A program made the position numbers and the translations under genes. The notes under the pieces are model-generated. The model was not told where the DNA came from. It made no database searches and saw nothing but the letters and a program-made list of their open reading frames with translations. This document shows, piece by piece, positions 8,850 through 18,483 of a stretch of 52,687 nucleotides of DNA. How positions within the stretch are numbered: the first letter of the stretch is position 1; each line of letters begins with the position of its first letter. Origin of the DNA: a virus (lineage: Duplodnaviria; Caudoviricetes); the IMG/VR virus record IMGVR_UViG_3300033067_001777, positions 1 through 52,687 of that record. One strand, given 5' to 3'.

Positions 8850-9965
8850 ATGGGTGCTGTCGCGATAACCAACCAAAGCTACACCGACACCACGGGCAAC
8901 GCCGAGATGGCGATCACGGGTGGCACGGTGTATCACGTTGGGTTAGCGACGGCCAGTCTCGGTGTTGCGTCTCTGAATCCTGGTTCTCCGGTTGTTGGGC
9001 GGACTGGCTTTCGCACCTCGAGCATCGGGCAGGCGGAGTTGAATTCTGGCATTCCCGTTGTAAACCGCACCGGGCTGAGGAGTCGAACCATTGGTGAAGC
9101 CATTCTGAGTGAATTGGGTGGCAGACTGCAAAAAAACATCGGGCGCACAAATAGTGTCGGTATTGCTTCCTGGGAGGCAGCGAAAATCACTCGCACGGTC
9201 AATGCGCCTCGGCTCGAATTTGTGGCGAAGGGAAAGACAGCCAGCCGGATGCGACGTGGCACTGGCGCAAACCTCACCGTTGCCGATGCCGCGCGTGAAA
9301 TCTATTCTCTCTGGGGTTTTGAGATTGAGCCCTACAAGATCGAGTTTGCGCGCGAGCGCGTGCTGGCGGCGATCAATGCCGCCGTCCAGACGATTCATGC
9401 GCAGGCGCATCGGCTGAACTACTTCAATAAAACGGTATTGGATGTCACCGTGCCCGGATTTGTTTCAAGCGTTGATCTCGATAAATCCGTGCAGGTCGTG
9501 CTTGGGGTGTTCACCGAGACTATGAAGTTGCGTGAGATCACGCGGTTGAGTGAGTTTTCGCAGGCTGTCGAATTGTATTTAAGCGAGGACGTTGCGCCGG
9601 ATTCGCCGGTGTTCTACCACATCGAAAACAACAGGGTCAACGCGGGCGACAATCAAGGCATCAGCATCATGGTCGCTCCGGTTTCAGAATCGGGGATCAC
9701 ATTGAAAGTCGAGGTGGCGATTGAGCCGGCGCGCTATGAAGAGCCGGATTTGCTTCGGCAGACCGAGCTGCATATTCCATCGCGGTTCACTGAAAGCATC
9801 TTGTGGCCGCTGCTGCGCCATTGGGCCGCCAGCGATGCCAATTTTCGAAAGGAAACACTGCGGCCGGAAATCGAAGCCAAGTATGACAGCGCAATGGAGA
9901 CGCTGGGTCTTTTGGCACCCGCCAAGCCCGACAAAAAAACCGATGGAGGCGGGTCCAAGCCATGA
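8850..9965 (+). CDS. probable head-tail adaptor / tail tubular protein
   Basis: VLAAINAAVQTI...P.FY...I.VAP...IPSRFTESIL pattern typical of adaptor proteins; position in the late operon. Confidence 0.45.
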   Translation: MGAVAITNQSYTDTTGNAEMAITGGTVYHVGLATASLGVASLNPGSPVVGRTGFRTSSIGQAELNSGIPVVNRTGLRSRTIGEAILSELGGRLQKNIGRTNSVGIASWEAAKITRTVNAPRLEFVAKGKTASRMRRGTGANLTVADAAREIYSLWGFEIEPYKIEFARERVLAAINAAVQTIHAQAHRLNYFNKTVLDVTVPGFVSSVDLDKSVQVVLGVFTETMKLREITRLSEFSQAVELYLSEDVAPDSPVFYHIENNRVNAGDNQGISIMVAPVSESGITLKVEVAIEPARYEEPDLLRQTELHIPSRFTESILWPLLRHWAASDANFRKETLRPEIEAKYDSAMETLGLLAPAKPDKKTDGGGSKP

Positions 9966-10891
9966 CTACCATTCAGCTCGGCCAGCGGCTCTGCGGGTAT
10001 CTGATCCTCGAAAATCTCAATGAGATTTCGGCGGCGGAAACATTGGTGCTCGTCGGCGCAATCAATTCGGGACTTGGCGAGATGCAGATGCACCTGCCCG
10101 CGCATCGGTTCACCTCCAATCTGTCCTTTCCAATCGGCGCACCGCGAAGCGAGACAGTCAATCTGACGACGGGAGCTGCTCAGGTAAGCAACACCATCAT
10201 TGCTGCTGGCGATGTGGGAAAGACGCTTGTGTTTGGTGGGGATCCAAAATTGAATGAGGTGGTATCGACCACCGCCTTTCTCCGGCCCTACTCGGGAGTG
10301 AGCAGCTCGCAAACGATGACGCTCTATGATGACGCGGTGCCGTTTGAGTTAGGAGATGAAAGCATTGGCAGTGCGGTCGGATTCATCCGGGCGGACACAG
10401 GGAAAAGGCAATCCTTGAATGTCTGTGCAAATGGTCGGAAGCCGCGTGCTCTGCTCGATGGTAGTGTTCAGGTCGGGGAGCCAACGGAGTGCTGGATCGA
10501 TGGCTATGCACCCGCCAAGTTGCTGGCTGACCCAAGTTTTCCGCGCTCAAATTACACGCAAAGCGAAGCGATGAGGACGGCCGCCTGGCTGCTCCGCTTG
10601 TGGCCATTGCCTGGCGTTGCCGGATCGGTGGAAGTCGAACTCAAGACGTTTGATTCCGGCGTGGTGTTCAGTGATCTGAGCCGTGCCCGGCAGTTTCGTT
10701 TTTCACCCATCGAATCGGCGCATCTGGTTGCTCTCTGCGCGGAGGCTTTGCTGCCGGCGGGGAAAATCGCCGAGCATGTGAGTCGCACGGATGTGACCGA
10801 AGCCGCAAAGAGGGCGCGAATTTGGCTGCGAGCGCAAAGCGGGTCACGGCAACACGGACAGCAAACCATTGGAACAAGGGAGGGCTATTGA
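9962..10891 (+). CDS. probable adaptor/tail tubular protein
   Basis: LVGAINSGLGEM and LLRLWPLP motifs; coupled to the upstream gene. Confidence 0.45.
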   Translation: MTTIQLGQRLCGYLILENLNEISAAETLVLVGAINSGLGEMQMHLPAHRFTSNLSFPIGAPRSETVNLTTGAAQVSNTIIAAGDVGKTLVFGGDPKLNEVVSTTAFLRPYSGVSSSQTMTLYDDAVPFELGDESIGSAVGFIRADTGKRQSLNVCANGRKPRALLDGSVQVGEPTECWIDGYAPAKLLADPSFPRSNYTQSEAMRTAAWLLRLWPLPGVAGSVEVELKTFDSGVVFSDLSRARQFRFSPIESAHLVALCAEALLPAGKIAEHVSRTDVTEAAKRARIWLRAQSGSRQHGQQTIGTREGY

Positions 10892-10893
10892 TC

Positions 10894-11352
10894 ATGCCTG
10901 CCGATCTCATTCTATTTGAAAGCCAGCTTCAAGAATTTATCGAGCGCACGGTGCTCTCCGTGATGAATGCTCGTGCGCGGCTGGCCGCCACAGAGGTGCC
11001 CGTGCAGACTGGCGATGTGGAAATCCAGTTCTCCGGCGTGCTTCTCATGGACACGGGGGCGAGCGCCCTCAAGCGCGAAACTCAAACAATCACCGGTGGT
11101 GCTGTGACAAAGACCACAGTCATCGATCCGGCGCAGAAGACGACAACGCGGCAGGAAGCCGATGAATCGAGCGAGGAAAGCAATTCTGAAAATGCCGAGG
11201 AAGCGACGAGTGGCAAAAATGAGACAGCCACAGAAAACGCCACCAAAAAAGGCACCACAGATCAGAGTGAGACGGATAAGCAAACCAGCAACGATACTTC
11301 CGATCAATCTTTTGGCCGAGGCAACACGACGGAAAATGAATACTTAGCCTGA
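10894..11352 (+). CDS. hypothetical protein, Thr/Glu/Ser-rich C-terminus
   Basis: ATG 10894; in frame with the next ORF across a single TGA. Confidence 0.6.
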   Translation: MPADLILFESQLQEFIERTVLSVMNARARLAATEVPVQTGDVEIQFSGVLLMDTGASALKRETQTITGGAVTKTTVIDPAQKTTTRQEADESSEESNSENAEEATSGKNETATENATKKGTTDQSETDKQTSNDTSDQSFGRGNTTENEYLA

Positions 11353-11355
11353 CTT

Positions 11356-11715
11356 ATGGCCATTGCATCCAGACAAAAAACCAATTTCTCCGGCAAGGAT
11401 GTCACCACGAACAAGGTGTCGCGGGAAGATACGCGCACTGGCAAGACCACGGTCGATGATAAGTCCGATTCGACCCGATTCATCGAAAGTAACGACAAGC
11501 AAAATCGCATTGCCAAGGTCAAGGCTGCGCAAATCCGTAAAAATGGTGCCCGAGTTCAGATAGTCGAACAGGAAGCGGTTATGCGCGTGACCGAAGCACA
11601 GCAGCCTGAGACGACTGGCAGGCAGTTATCCGCGTCTGACATCGGCGTAAACTTCTCCTTCACCATCAAGGTCACTTCTTCACCCATTCCGGGAAAAATT
11701 CTCTCAATCTTATAA
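11356..11715 (+). CDS. hypothetical protein
   Basis: 119-aa ORF, same frame as the previous one. Confidence 0.55.
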   Translation: MAIASRQKTNFSGKDVTTNKVSREDTRTGKTTVDDKSDSTRFIESNDKQNRIAKVKAAQIRKNGARVQIVEQEAVMRVTEAQQPETTGRQLSASDIGVNFSFTIKVTSSPIPGKILSIL

Positions 11716-11730
11716 CACCAACAAAAAAAC

Positions 11731-12159
11731 ATGAAAACAGGCCAGATCATCCAACTCATTACAGGACTCAACTCACTCGACACTTACACCGCCGTCACTG
11801 CGACGGGTGAAAAGATTGAGGTGCCCTACGATTTCAGCGCCAAGCTGCGCTTCAACATCGCCAAAAACATCGTTCTGGCCGCCAGAGTCAATGCTACCTT
11901 CAACAAAAACAGACGCGCCATCATCGATGAATACGCCGATGTGGCCGGCGGTGGCCTGGAGGAAAATCACCCCAAGCGCGCTGAAGCACTGGAGCGCATC
12001 AATGCGCTGGCGGAGGAAGATGCCGAGGCGGGGCTGCTGAAGCTGCCACACGCCGACCTCTTGCGCGATGACCAGCCCGTCCCGGCCTCCGTCATCGCCA
12101 TTCTCCTGCCCATCATCAGCGATCCCGTTTCCGAGGAGTCAGCAATATCATCCCCCTAA
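11731..12159 (+). CDS. hypothetical phage protein
   Basis: 142-aa ORF with an A-rich leader. Confidence 0.6.
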   Translation: MKTGQIIQLITGLNSLDTYTAVTATGEKIEVPYDFSAKLRFNIAKNIVLAARVNATFNKNRRAIIDEYADVAGGGLEENHPKRAEALERINALAEEDAEAGLLKLPHADLLRDDQPVPASVIAILLPIISDPVSEESAISSP

Positions 12160-12163
12160 GACT

Positions 12164-12418
12164 ATGCCACTCACCGACAAAAACTTTTCAACCAACGGAC
12201 AGGTGTGGATCAGCGATACTGATCCTCACGAGGGACCGTTTTATCTGCTGGAAATCGAAACTGAAGCGGTGATCGCTGACGTTGTTTTCTGCAAAGAGTA
12301 CGCTGCCGAGCCTGCTGAGTGGATCGGCAAGACTCTCCGGGCCGACAAACCACTCTACTACGCGCGCATCCAGACCATCACTCTGGCGAGCGGGTCGGTG
12401 CGCGCACACAAAGAATAA
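12164..12418 (+). CDS. hypothetical small structural protein
   Basis: Ends IQTITLASGSVRAHKE; fits operon packing. Confidence 0.55.
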   Translation: MPLTDKNFSTNGQVWISDTDPHEGPFYLLEIETEAVIADVVFCKEYAAEPAEWIGKTLRADKPLYYARIQTITLASGSVRAHKE

Positions 12419-12420
12419 TC

Positions 12421-13200
12421 ATGCCATCTCTCGGACTGGCTTTGGGACTGTCATTTCCCACCGGAATTTCTGGTGGAGGAGTAGGTAGTCCTGCGCCGGA
12501 AATCACTCAGGTTGTCTGCGTGGCGGATGTCAGTGGTGACAAGCATGGAACGTGCTTTCTCATTTCTGACGCTTCCGGGCGAGTGAGTGTCACCCTTGAT
12601 AATGGCGCTATCGCAAAAGTATCTTCGTTTGATTTTACCGGCAGAGATGCTGCTTGGTTCGGGACAGGAGGTGGCAATGAGGGCCGTTATTTGATGATTC
12701 AATACGGCACCACCTTGTTATGCGTATGGTTCTCCGCAGAGGGTGGAGAAATTCAACCGCCAGTGCCGGCGGATTCTTACTTTGAGATAGCCGGAAGTCT
12801 GTCCTCAGCAGATTACGAATTCGCATCCCTGTTCGTTACTGCGCTAGGGGGGTATGGATCTGGCTTAACGGCGGCGGCAGTCGCGGAATTCACTTTTAAT
12901 GCGCGTGGTGCCGATAACATGGGCAATAGTGGTGTTGCCATTACGAGCATTTCAGTTGGGCGCGATGCGGCAAGCGACCCCGGATTAGCTCCGCGCAACA
13001 TAATGTGCGGTTATTCAAGCGATGGCAACGCTTCGGCTGTCGCCGCTGATTTGTATGGAACCCTGAGCAGCGAAACTGCCTGGGCGGTAGTAGTGAACAA
13101 CGAATTCCTAACATTTACCGATGCCGCCACAGGTGACCGCGAAGACGCGGCAGATCACGACACTGGTTTTACCATCACAACACCCCAACAAGGAACATAA
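12421..13200 (+). CDS. Gly/Ala/Ser-rich structural (tail/receptor-binding-like) protein
   Basis: MPSLGLALGL N-terminus is common in tail proteins; AT-richer internal segment. Confidence 0.55.
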   Translation: MPSLGLALGLSFPTGISGGGVGSPAPEITQVVCVADVSGDKHGTCFLISDASGRVSVTLDNGAIAKVSSFDFTGRDAAWFGTGGGNEGRYLMIQYGTTLLCVWFSAEGGEIQPPVPADSYFEIAGSLSSADYEFASLFVTALGGYGSGLTAAAVAEFTFNARGADNMGNSGVAITSISVGRDAASDPGLAPRNIMCGYSSDGNASAVAADLYGTLSSETAWAVVVNNEFLTFTDAATGDREDAADHDTGFTITTPQQGT

Positions 13201-13202
13201 CT

Positions 13203-13547
13203 ATGACGCGATCCCAACAAGCATCCCGCCGCACCGTCCTTCTCGGACTTCTGGCTGAAGTTTCAGCAGAGCTTTCACAGCTCGATGCGCTCACATTCCA
13301 ACCCTACATCGTCACGGTCGAGCAAGATTGCGTGGCCGTGAACGGAGCACCTTGGCAGAGCGATCTCCCCGCATTGCTTCGCGGGCAGGGAATCGATGAG
13401 GCAGCCTTGCCGCCGGGAAGCGATTGGCATCAAGCGACGGCTGAGTTCAGCTCTCAGCCTCCAGCGCTTGAAGTTGCTTACCCAATCGTCGGAGCCACAG
13501 AAGAACCCTACACACAAAATCGCATGGTTGAGTGGTCGCTGTTATGA
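13203..13547 (+). CDS. hypothetical protein
   Basis: 114-aa ORF in operon. Confidence 0.55.
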   Translation: MTRSQQASRRTVLLGLLAEVSAELSQLDALTFQPYIVTVEQDCVAVNGAPWQSDLPALLRGQGIDEAALPPGSDWHQATAEFSSQPPALEVAYPIVGATEEPYTQNRMVEWSLL

Positions 13548-13771
13548 AAGCCACCTTCATCCGCATTGTCATTTTGATTGTTATCGTGGTTGGAATTGCA
13601 GCCTGTCTGTGCTCGTGCATCTCTGCGTGGAAGTTGAATGAGCAGACAAGGCCGCACTTTGATGTGCCGAAGAGCGAGCACTACCCGACCGGGAAGACGA
13701 TGGAGGAATACACGGAGGAGGTGCGGGCGAAGGGCGCGAGGGAGAAAACCGAATTTGAGAAACTCAAATGA
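13544..13771 (+). CDS. small membrane/lipoprotein (lysis module, spanin-like candidate)
   Basis: Hydrophobic N-terminus followed by LCSC. Confidence 0.45.
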   Translation: MKATFIRIVILIVIVVGIAACLCSCISAWKLNEQTRPHFDVPKSEHYPTGKTMEEYTEEVRAKGAREKTEFEKLK

Positions 13772-14154
13772 GCGAGACAACCAACACTGTCCAAGTAACT
13801 CAAGTGCAGGCCCCGGCCAATATCTACGAGGCCGTTTTGCGCGGCATCGAAAAGTTCGGCGTAGTTACTGCCGGTGTGTGTGTTGTTTTATTCGTGTTCG
13901 GTTTTGCTGTTCGTGAGGTCTATAACGACAACAAGGCCACCAACGAAATCCGCTACACGGAGATGAAGGTGCATCAGACGGAGCTGATGGCCTATCTGAC
14001 GAATCGAAATGATTCCGACGCCAAGCGCGCAGTAAGTGACTCACAACTCGCTGAGTCGCTCCGTTCCCTCTCCAGCTCACAGCAGTCTCTTGCATTCATT
14101 ATTGAGCAACTCTCGCGCGATGCCAAAACCGCCCACACCAAACTCACGCCATGA
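13768..14154 (+). CDS. single-TM coiled-coil protein (holin-like candidate)
   Basis: TM segment FGVVTAGVCVVLFVFGFAV directly upstream of the endolysin. Confidence 0.5.
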   Translation: MSETTNTVQVTQVQAPANIYEAVLRGIEKFGVVTAGVCVVLFVFGFAVREVYNDNKATNEIRYTEMKVHQTELMAYLTNRNDSDAKRAVSDSQLAESLRSLSSSQQSLAFIIEQLSRDAKTAHTKLTP

Positions 14155-14290
14155 GTGAGACATACCAACTGCGCAAGAAACTGATCGACATCGCCCGACG
14201 TCAAAACCGCCCACACCAAACCCACACCAAACTCACGCCATGAGTGAGACATACCAACTGCGCAAGAAACTGATCGACATCGCCCGACGT
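14124..14290 (+). repeat. exact 78-bp tandem duplication with a nested 11-bp duplication
   Basis: 14124-14201 is repeated at 14202-14290 with an extra CCCACACCAAA. Confidence 0.95.
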
Positions 14291-14791
14291 GATCGAGGTT
14301 TAGCGGAAGTCACCAAGAACCGCGCGCCGTGGATCGAGAAGCTGTGGCCGACGACGAGTTCGCCCGAGTTCTACCACAAAGGGAATCGCGATTATCCAAA
14401 CGGTGATCCTCCCTACTGCGCCGCCGGCGTGTGCTACTGCGTACACGAGTGGTTGATGAATGAGGATGTGAGGAGAGCTTTCGGCTTTGCCGCCTTCAAG
14501 CAGGCCGATAAGTGGCGATGCAAGTCAGCTGGTGCATTTGAGTGGATCAACTGGGCACGCGAACACTCGCTTCAGGTGCTCAATCCCCACGCCATCCTGC
14601 ACATGGGTGATCTGGTGGTGTATTCACACTCACACATCGAGATCGTCGTCGATGACGACGGCACAACTGAGGGGTCGTTTATTGCCATTGGCTACAATAC
14701 CAACGCCTCCGGTGCCCGCGATGGTGAGGGATGTTTTGAGAAACCTCGGCAGCGAGCAGGCGTGAAGGCATTCATCCGAATGCTGCCCTAG
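14240..14791 (+). CDS. CHAP-family endolysin
   Basis: PYCAAGVCYCV (catalytic Cys), GDLVVYSHSHIEIV (His), AIGYNTN. Confidence 0.75.
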   Translation: MSETYQLRKKLIDIARRDRGLAEVTKNRAPWIEKLWPTTSSPEFYHKGNRDYPNGDPPYCAAGVCYCVHEWLMNEDVRRAFGFAAFKQADKWRCKSAGAFEWINWAREHSLQVLNPHAILHMGDLVVYSHSHIEIVVDDDGTTEGSFIAIGYNTNASGARDGEGCFEKPRQRAGVKAFIRMLP

Positions 14792-15207
14792 AACCGCCGG
14801 TGAGCCAGATCATGCGCTGCACTCACGATGTCATGTATCGCCGGGTCACGCTCGATCTCACGTTCCAGCCACGCGAGCAGTTCTTTTGCCTTTGCGTCCT
14901 TCACGGGTCGCGTCTTCTCGCTTTTCAGCGTGATGAGCACACGCGCCTCGGCACCTGTCGGCACATGGTCGCGTAGATAGGCCAGTAGGAAATCGTCCGC
15001 CAGCTTTGGCTCGCCATTCCTGCGCAGCGCCGCTTCCACCTGTCCCGCCCGATCGCTCTCCAGACTGCCTTTATCGCGCACATAGATGGCAAATGAGTGC
15101 GACACCTCCGCCAGTTCCTCAAACGACTTGAGCGTCTTCGTCCGGCACCACGTCTGGATGAGTTCCGACACATGCCGGCGCGGCGGTATTTGATTGCCCT
15201 TCTTCAT
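14788..15207 (-). CDS. hypothetical protein, possible DNA-binding regulator
   Basis: Coupled downstream of the integrase; helical. Confidence 0.5.
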   Translation of the reverse strand: MKKGNQIPPRRHVSELIQTWCRTKTLKSFEELAEVSHSFAIYVRDKGSLESDRAGQVEAALRRNGEPKLADDFLLAYLRDHVPTGAEARVLITLKSEKTRPVKDAKAKELLAWLEREIERDPAIHDIVSAAHDLAHRRF

Positions 15208-16349
15208 GCAGCAGATCCTCCGGGCGACAACTGCGCGGGCAGGTAGTGGTTCCGCGTCGTTTTATCCGAGGTATGGCGCGCCGCTTTTGCCGTCACCTTC
15301 AAAGCCTCCGCTTGCAAACGCATCATCTCCGTATTCTTCACGGCCTCGAGGTAGGCCGCCCGCAGCCGGTGCAGCGGTTTGGCAATGTCGGATTTCACGC
15401 CCATGAACTGCCGCAGCCACAATTGAGGGGTTGCCTTGAACCATTGCGCACGGCTGCCGGTCAATGGCACGGCGAGCCCGTCAGGAGAAAGAGACCGAAG
15501 AGCCTCGATCAGCTCCGCATTCAAAATGGGCGAGAGTCCGGCGAACCCCGTCTTGCAGTAATAGTTCTCTTCGGGCCGGTCCCGCACCTCGATACACCAC
15601 ACGCCCTCGGTGTTCATCAGCCAGCCGCCCCGGCAGTTCGCGATTTCTTCTTTGCGCAGGCCCGCAAACCGCGCGATACCAATCGTCCACCAAAGAGCCG
15701 AAGAGTGTGGCAACTCACTCCACGCGGCCAACATACCCGCCTCATCGAAGCGGCCGGGCACCCTCTTCACTTCCTGCAACCATTGGATTTTTCCGGCGGT
15801 TGGCATCTCGATCCCGTATTCACGATAGCCTTCGCGCAGCGATTCAATGAGCAGCGACCGTGCCGCCCGCACGGCGGTGTTGATCGTGGTGTGAGCAGGC
15901 CGGCGAATCGACAAATCAGCCCTCACTCCGCCCTGTCTGAGAGCAAAGAAATTCATCCATAGTTTCGGCGTGATCTCATGCAGCCGGATCGACTTCAATG
16001 GCCGATTGAGGACATCGCGCAGCACGGCCGTGAATTGCTGGATGTTGTACTTCTCCGATCTCAACCCCGCCCGTTTCGATAGCATTCGGTAAGCCTCGAC
16101 GAGATCGTGAGCCGTGCGCGCCGTCGGCATCGGCGCATTTGATTTCAAGCGCTCCAGGTGTTCCCGAGCGCGCGTCTGTGCCAGCCTTTCATTGAACGTC
16201 CCGGTGCAAAAATTCACCGGGTGAGAAGCCGCTCGCGAGCGCAACCGAAGCCCGAACCGGTCCTTCACCAGAGGATACTCCCGTCCATCGAACTTCAACA
16301 CGCAGCGGCGCGCGGTTCGTGGGTCGGGCAAAAGTCGGGCGCTGCGCAT
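15204..16349 (-). CDS. int: phage tyrosine integrase
   Basis: FAGLRKEEI, CKTG, LHRLRAAY, ARHT, NHY catalytic motifs; adjacent to the tRNA fragment. Confidence 0.85.
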   Translation of the reverse strand: MRSARLLPDPRTARRCVLKFDGREYPLVKDRFGLRLRSRAASHPVNFCTGTFNERLAQTRAREHLERLKSNAPMPTARTAHDLVEAYRMLSKRAGLRSEKYNIQQFTAVLRDVLNRPLKSIRLHEITPKLWMNFFALRQGGVRADLSIRRPAHTTINTAVRAARSLLIESLREGYREYGIEMPTAGKIQWLQEVKRVPGRFDEAGMLAAWSELPHSSALWWTIGIARFAGLRKEEIANCRGGWLMNTEGVWCIEVRDRPEENYYCKTGFAGLSPILNAELIEALRSLSPDGLAVPLTGSRAQWFKATPQLWLRQFMGVKSDIAKPLHRLRAAYLEAVKNTEMMRLQAEALKVTAKAARHTSDKTTRNHYLPAQLSPGGSAA

Positions 16350-16416
16350 GGCAAACCAATCAACTCCCAATCAGTCCACAATCAAGTCAGAATCGTGTTT
16401 CAAGAAGGGAAACAAG

Positions 16417-16477
16417 TGGTGCTCGGGAAGGGACTCGAACCCTTAAGCCTTTCGGCACAAGATCCTTAGTCTTGCGC
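16417..16477 (-). mobile_element. attP: attP core: 3' portion of a tRNA-Leu gene
   Basis: Minus strand GCG-CAAGA-CTAAGGA-TCTTG-TGCCGAAAGGCTT-AAGGG-TTCGAGT-CCCTT-CCCGAGC-ACCA: anticodon arm, long variable arm, T arm and CCA are present; the 5' acceptor strand and D arm are absent. Confidence 0.88.
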
Positions 16478-16530
16478 TTTCTTGTTGATGTTCAGCGTTT
16501 TTGCACTTTCTCGGGCGAGATTCGGGCGGG

Positions 16531-18483
16531 TTATTTCCGGTGGGCGCTGTGAACTTGTGTTGTCTGGTTCTCGTGCTGGTATCTGCCGCGCATGAGGTCG
16601 ATGGTTTCGGCTCGGTAGGTGGTGGCGCTGTCTTTGGTGGCGAAGGCGATGGCGAGGGCCAGAACCCAGTCGTCGTGCCAGCCGTCCATGCCCTTGGCTT
16701 TGCCGTCGTCGGGGTCGATGCGGAAATGGGCGAGTTCCTCGACGATCCAGGGGAATGGAATGAAGAGGCCGTCGCCTTGGGTTGCGATTTCGCGGATGGC
16801 GGCGGCGAGGAGTTCGATGATGGCGTTGCGGGTGTTTTCTCCGTCGGCTCCGCGTGTCCAGAAGCCGAGTTTACCGGATGGCTTGGCGCTGTCGGTGCGA
16901 GTGGCTGGGCGTGTCTGCTCGTAGAGGTGGACGCCGCGATTGCGCAGCATGAGGATGAGTCCGCGATCATTGTTGGCTTCGGGAACAACGATGCAGCGGC
17001 CATAGAAGACGTGGAGCGCATAGACCCATTTTTCGAGAACATCGATGTCCACCTTCTGCTCGGGCTTAATGGCGGCGACGATGGTGGTCGGCTGCCACTG
17101 CGAGCGTCCGGTTTCGAGTTGCTTGAAGTAACCGCAACGGATGACGACGACGGCGTGGTTGTCGGTGTCGCGTTTGTCATCGCCGGTGGCCCTGCCGCCG
17201 GCGTTGTCCACGGCGATGAGATAGCGGCAGTCGTTGATGGGGCGCTCGAACAAATAGAAATTGGCGGCGTCCTCGGTGGTGACGGTGCGCCATGAATAGC
17301 GGTCTGTGCCGTCTTTGTTGTGGTGGTCGAAGACGCCCATCTGGCAGCGCTCCTGCATGGCGAGCAATGCCTCGCTACGAAGCTGTCGGATACCGCCGGT
17401 GTTGAACCGGCACATGGAGGCGGCGCGGAAGGCGTCCTCGGGCGTCGGTGGATATTCGCGGTCGCGGCGCTCGGGATCGTTGGCGCACTCGGCGAGCAGA
17501 CGCCGCCAGTATTTGATGTCGCCGGCTTCGAGGTTGAATTGCGCGATGAGTTCCTTCTCGCGTTTGCGTTCTTCTTCGTTGCGTGCGCCCTCGCCCATGA
17601 GAATGCCAGCCTCGGTTTCGCCGGGGTCGAGTTTGTCTTTGATGCCGAACTCGAACACGCCGGCGAAGATGCGGAAGAAGCCGCCGGGCTTGCGGATGCC
17701 GCGTTTGAAGTCATCCCAATCAACCGCCTCTTTCCAGAGATCGTCGTGGAAGACGCCAGCCGCGCCGCTCGAGGTACTCTCAGCGATGAAGATGGTGCCG
17801 GGCGCGTAGTCCATGCAAGCCATGAGCGCGGTCATCACGCCCTTGCCATTCTTCACACCGGCCTCGGCCCAACCACCGACTTCCGTGGCGATGATGACCT
17901 GATAGGTGCCTGAGCGGCCTGGCTCTTTGCCGCCTGCGGTTTCCGTGGCGAGGATGCTGCCGTTGTCCCACGTTCCGCCCTCGGCTCCGACCTGTCCGCC
18001 GAACCCCCACTCAAAGGAATCGTTGACGTGGTAGCGTTTGACCATTTCGAGCAGGTTCTTCCACTGCTTATCCTTGCCGCCGATGATGAGGGCTTTGAGT
18101 TTGAAGCGATGAACCATCCAGTAGAGGATGGCCGTCGTGATCGTGGAGATGCCTTTCTGACGTGGCTTGAGAATGACGGCGCGGCAGGGGATGCCGTGCT
18201 CAAGACAGTACTGCACCGCATCGGCGAGCCGCTGCTGGAGGATGTTGGCGATACGCAGACAGGGTTCGAGGCTGTCCTTCGTGCTGATGTAGCCGTGACC
18301 TTCCCACCACACGAGCGGGTGGTGGGTGATGAGGTATTGGGCGAGATCGGCGGAGTCATCGTCGGAGAGACGATGAGGCATGGGCATGGACTTCGGAGGC
18401 TGGGCTGGAGGTGCGGAACGCTTACGCGATCCGCTACGATGCTGCGGCGGCTTACGCCTTGGTTTTGGCGGCGCTGTTGGCAT
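16531..18483 (-). CDS. terL: terminase large subunit
   Basis: ILKPRQKGISTI Walker A, IIATEV Walker B, AESTSSG, nuclease YLIAVD, PEANN, HDDWVLALAIA; start may be nearer 18386. Confidence 0.9.
   Translation of the reverse strand: MPTAPPKPRRKPPQHRSGSRKRSAPPAQPPKSMPMPHRLSDDDSADLAQYLITHHPLVWWEGHGYISTKDSLEPCLRIANILQQRLADAVQYCLEHGIPCRAVILKPRQKGISTITTAILYWMVHRFKLKALIIGGKDKQWKNLLEMVKRYHVNDSFEWGFGGQVGAEGGTWDNGSILATETAGGKEPGRSGTYQVIIATEVGGWAEAGVKNGKGVMTALMACMDYAPGTIFIAESTSSGAAGVFHDDLWKEAVDWDDFKRGIRKPGGFFRIFAGVFEFGIKDKLDPGETEAGILMGEGARNEEERKREKELIAQFNLEAGDIKYWRRLLAECANDPERRDREYPPTPEDAFRAASMCRFNTGGIRQLRSEALLAMQERCQMGVFDHHNKDGTDRYSWRTVTTEDAANFYLFERPINDCRYLIAVDNAGGRATGDDKRDTDNHAVVVIRCGYFKQLETGRSQWQPTTIVAAIKPEQKVDIDVLEKWVYALHVFYGRCIVVPEANNDRGLILMLRNRGVHLYEQTRPATRTDSAKPSGKLGFWTRGADGENTRNAIIELLAAAIREIATQGDGLFIPFPWIVEELAHFRIDPDDGKAKGMDGWHDDWVLALAIAFATKDSATTYRAETIDLMRGRYQHENQTTQVHSAHRK

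Noticed and set aside
14124-14290. CRISPR array or DGR template/variable repeat
   Set aside because: Only two adjacent identical copies, no spacers, no adenine-specific mismatches and no reverse transcriptase in the window
16417-16503. Complete functional tRNA gene
   Set aside because: The 5' acceptor strand and D arm are missing; it is the attP core
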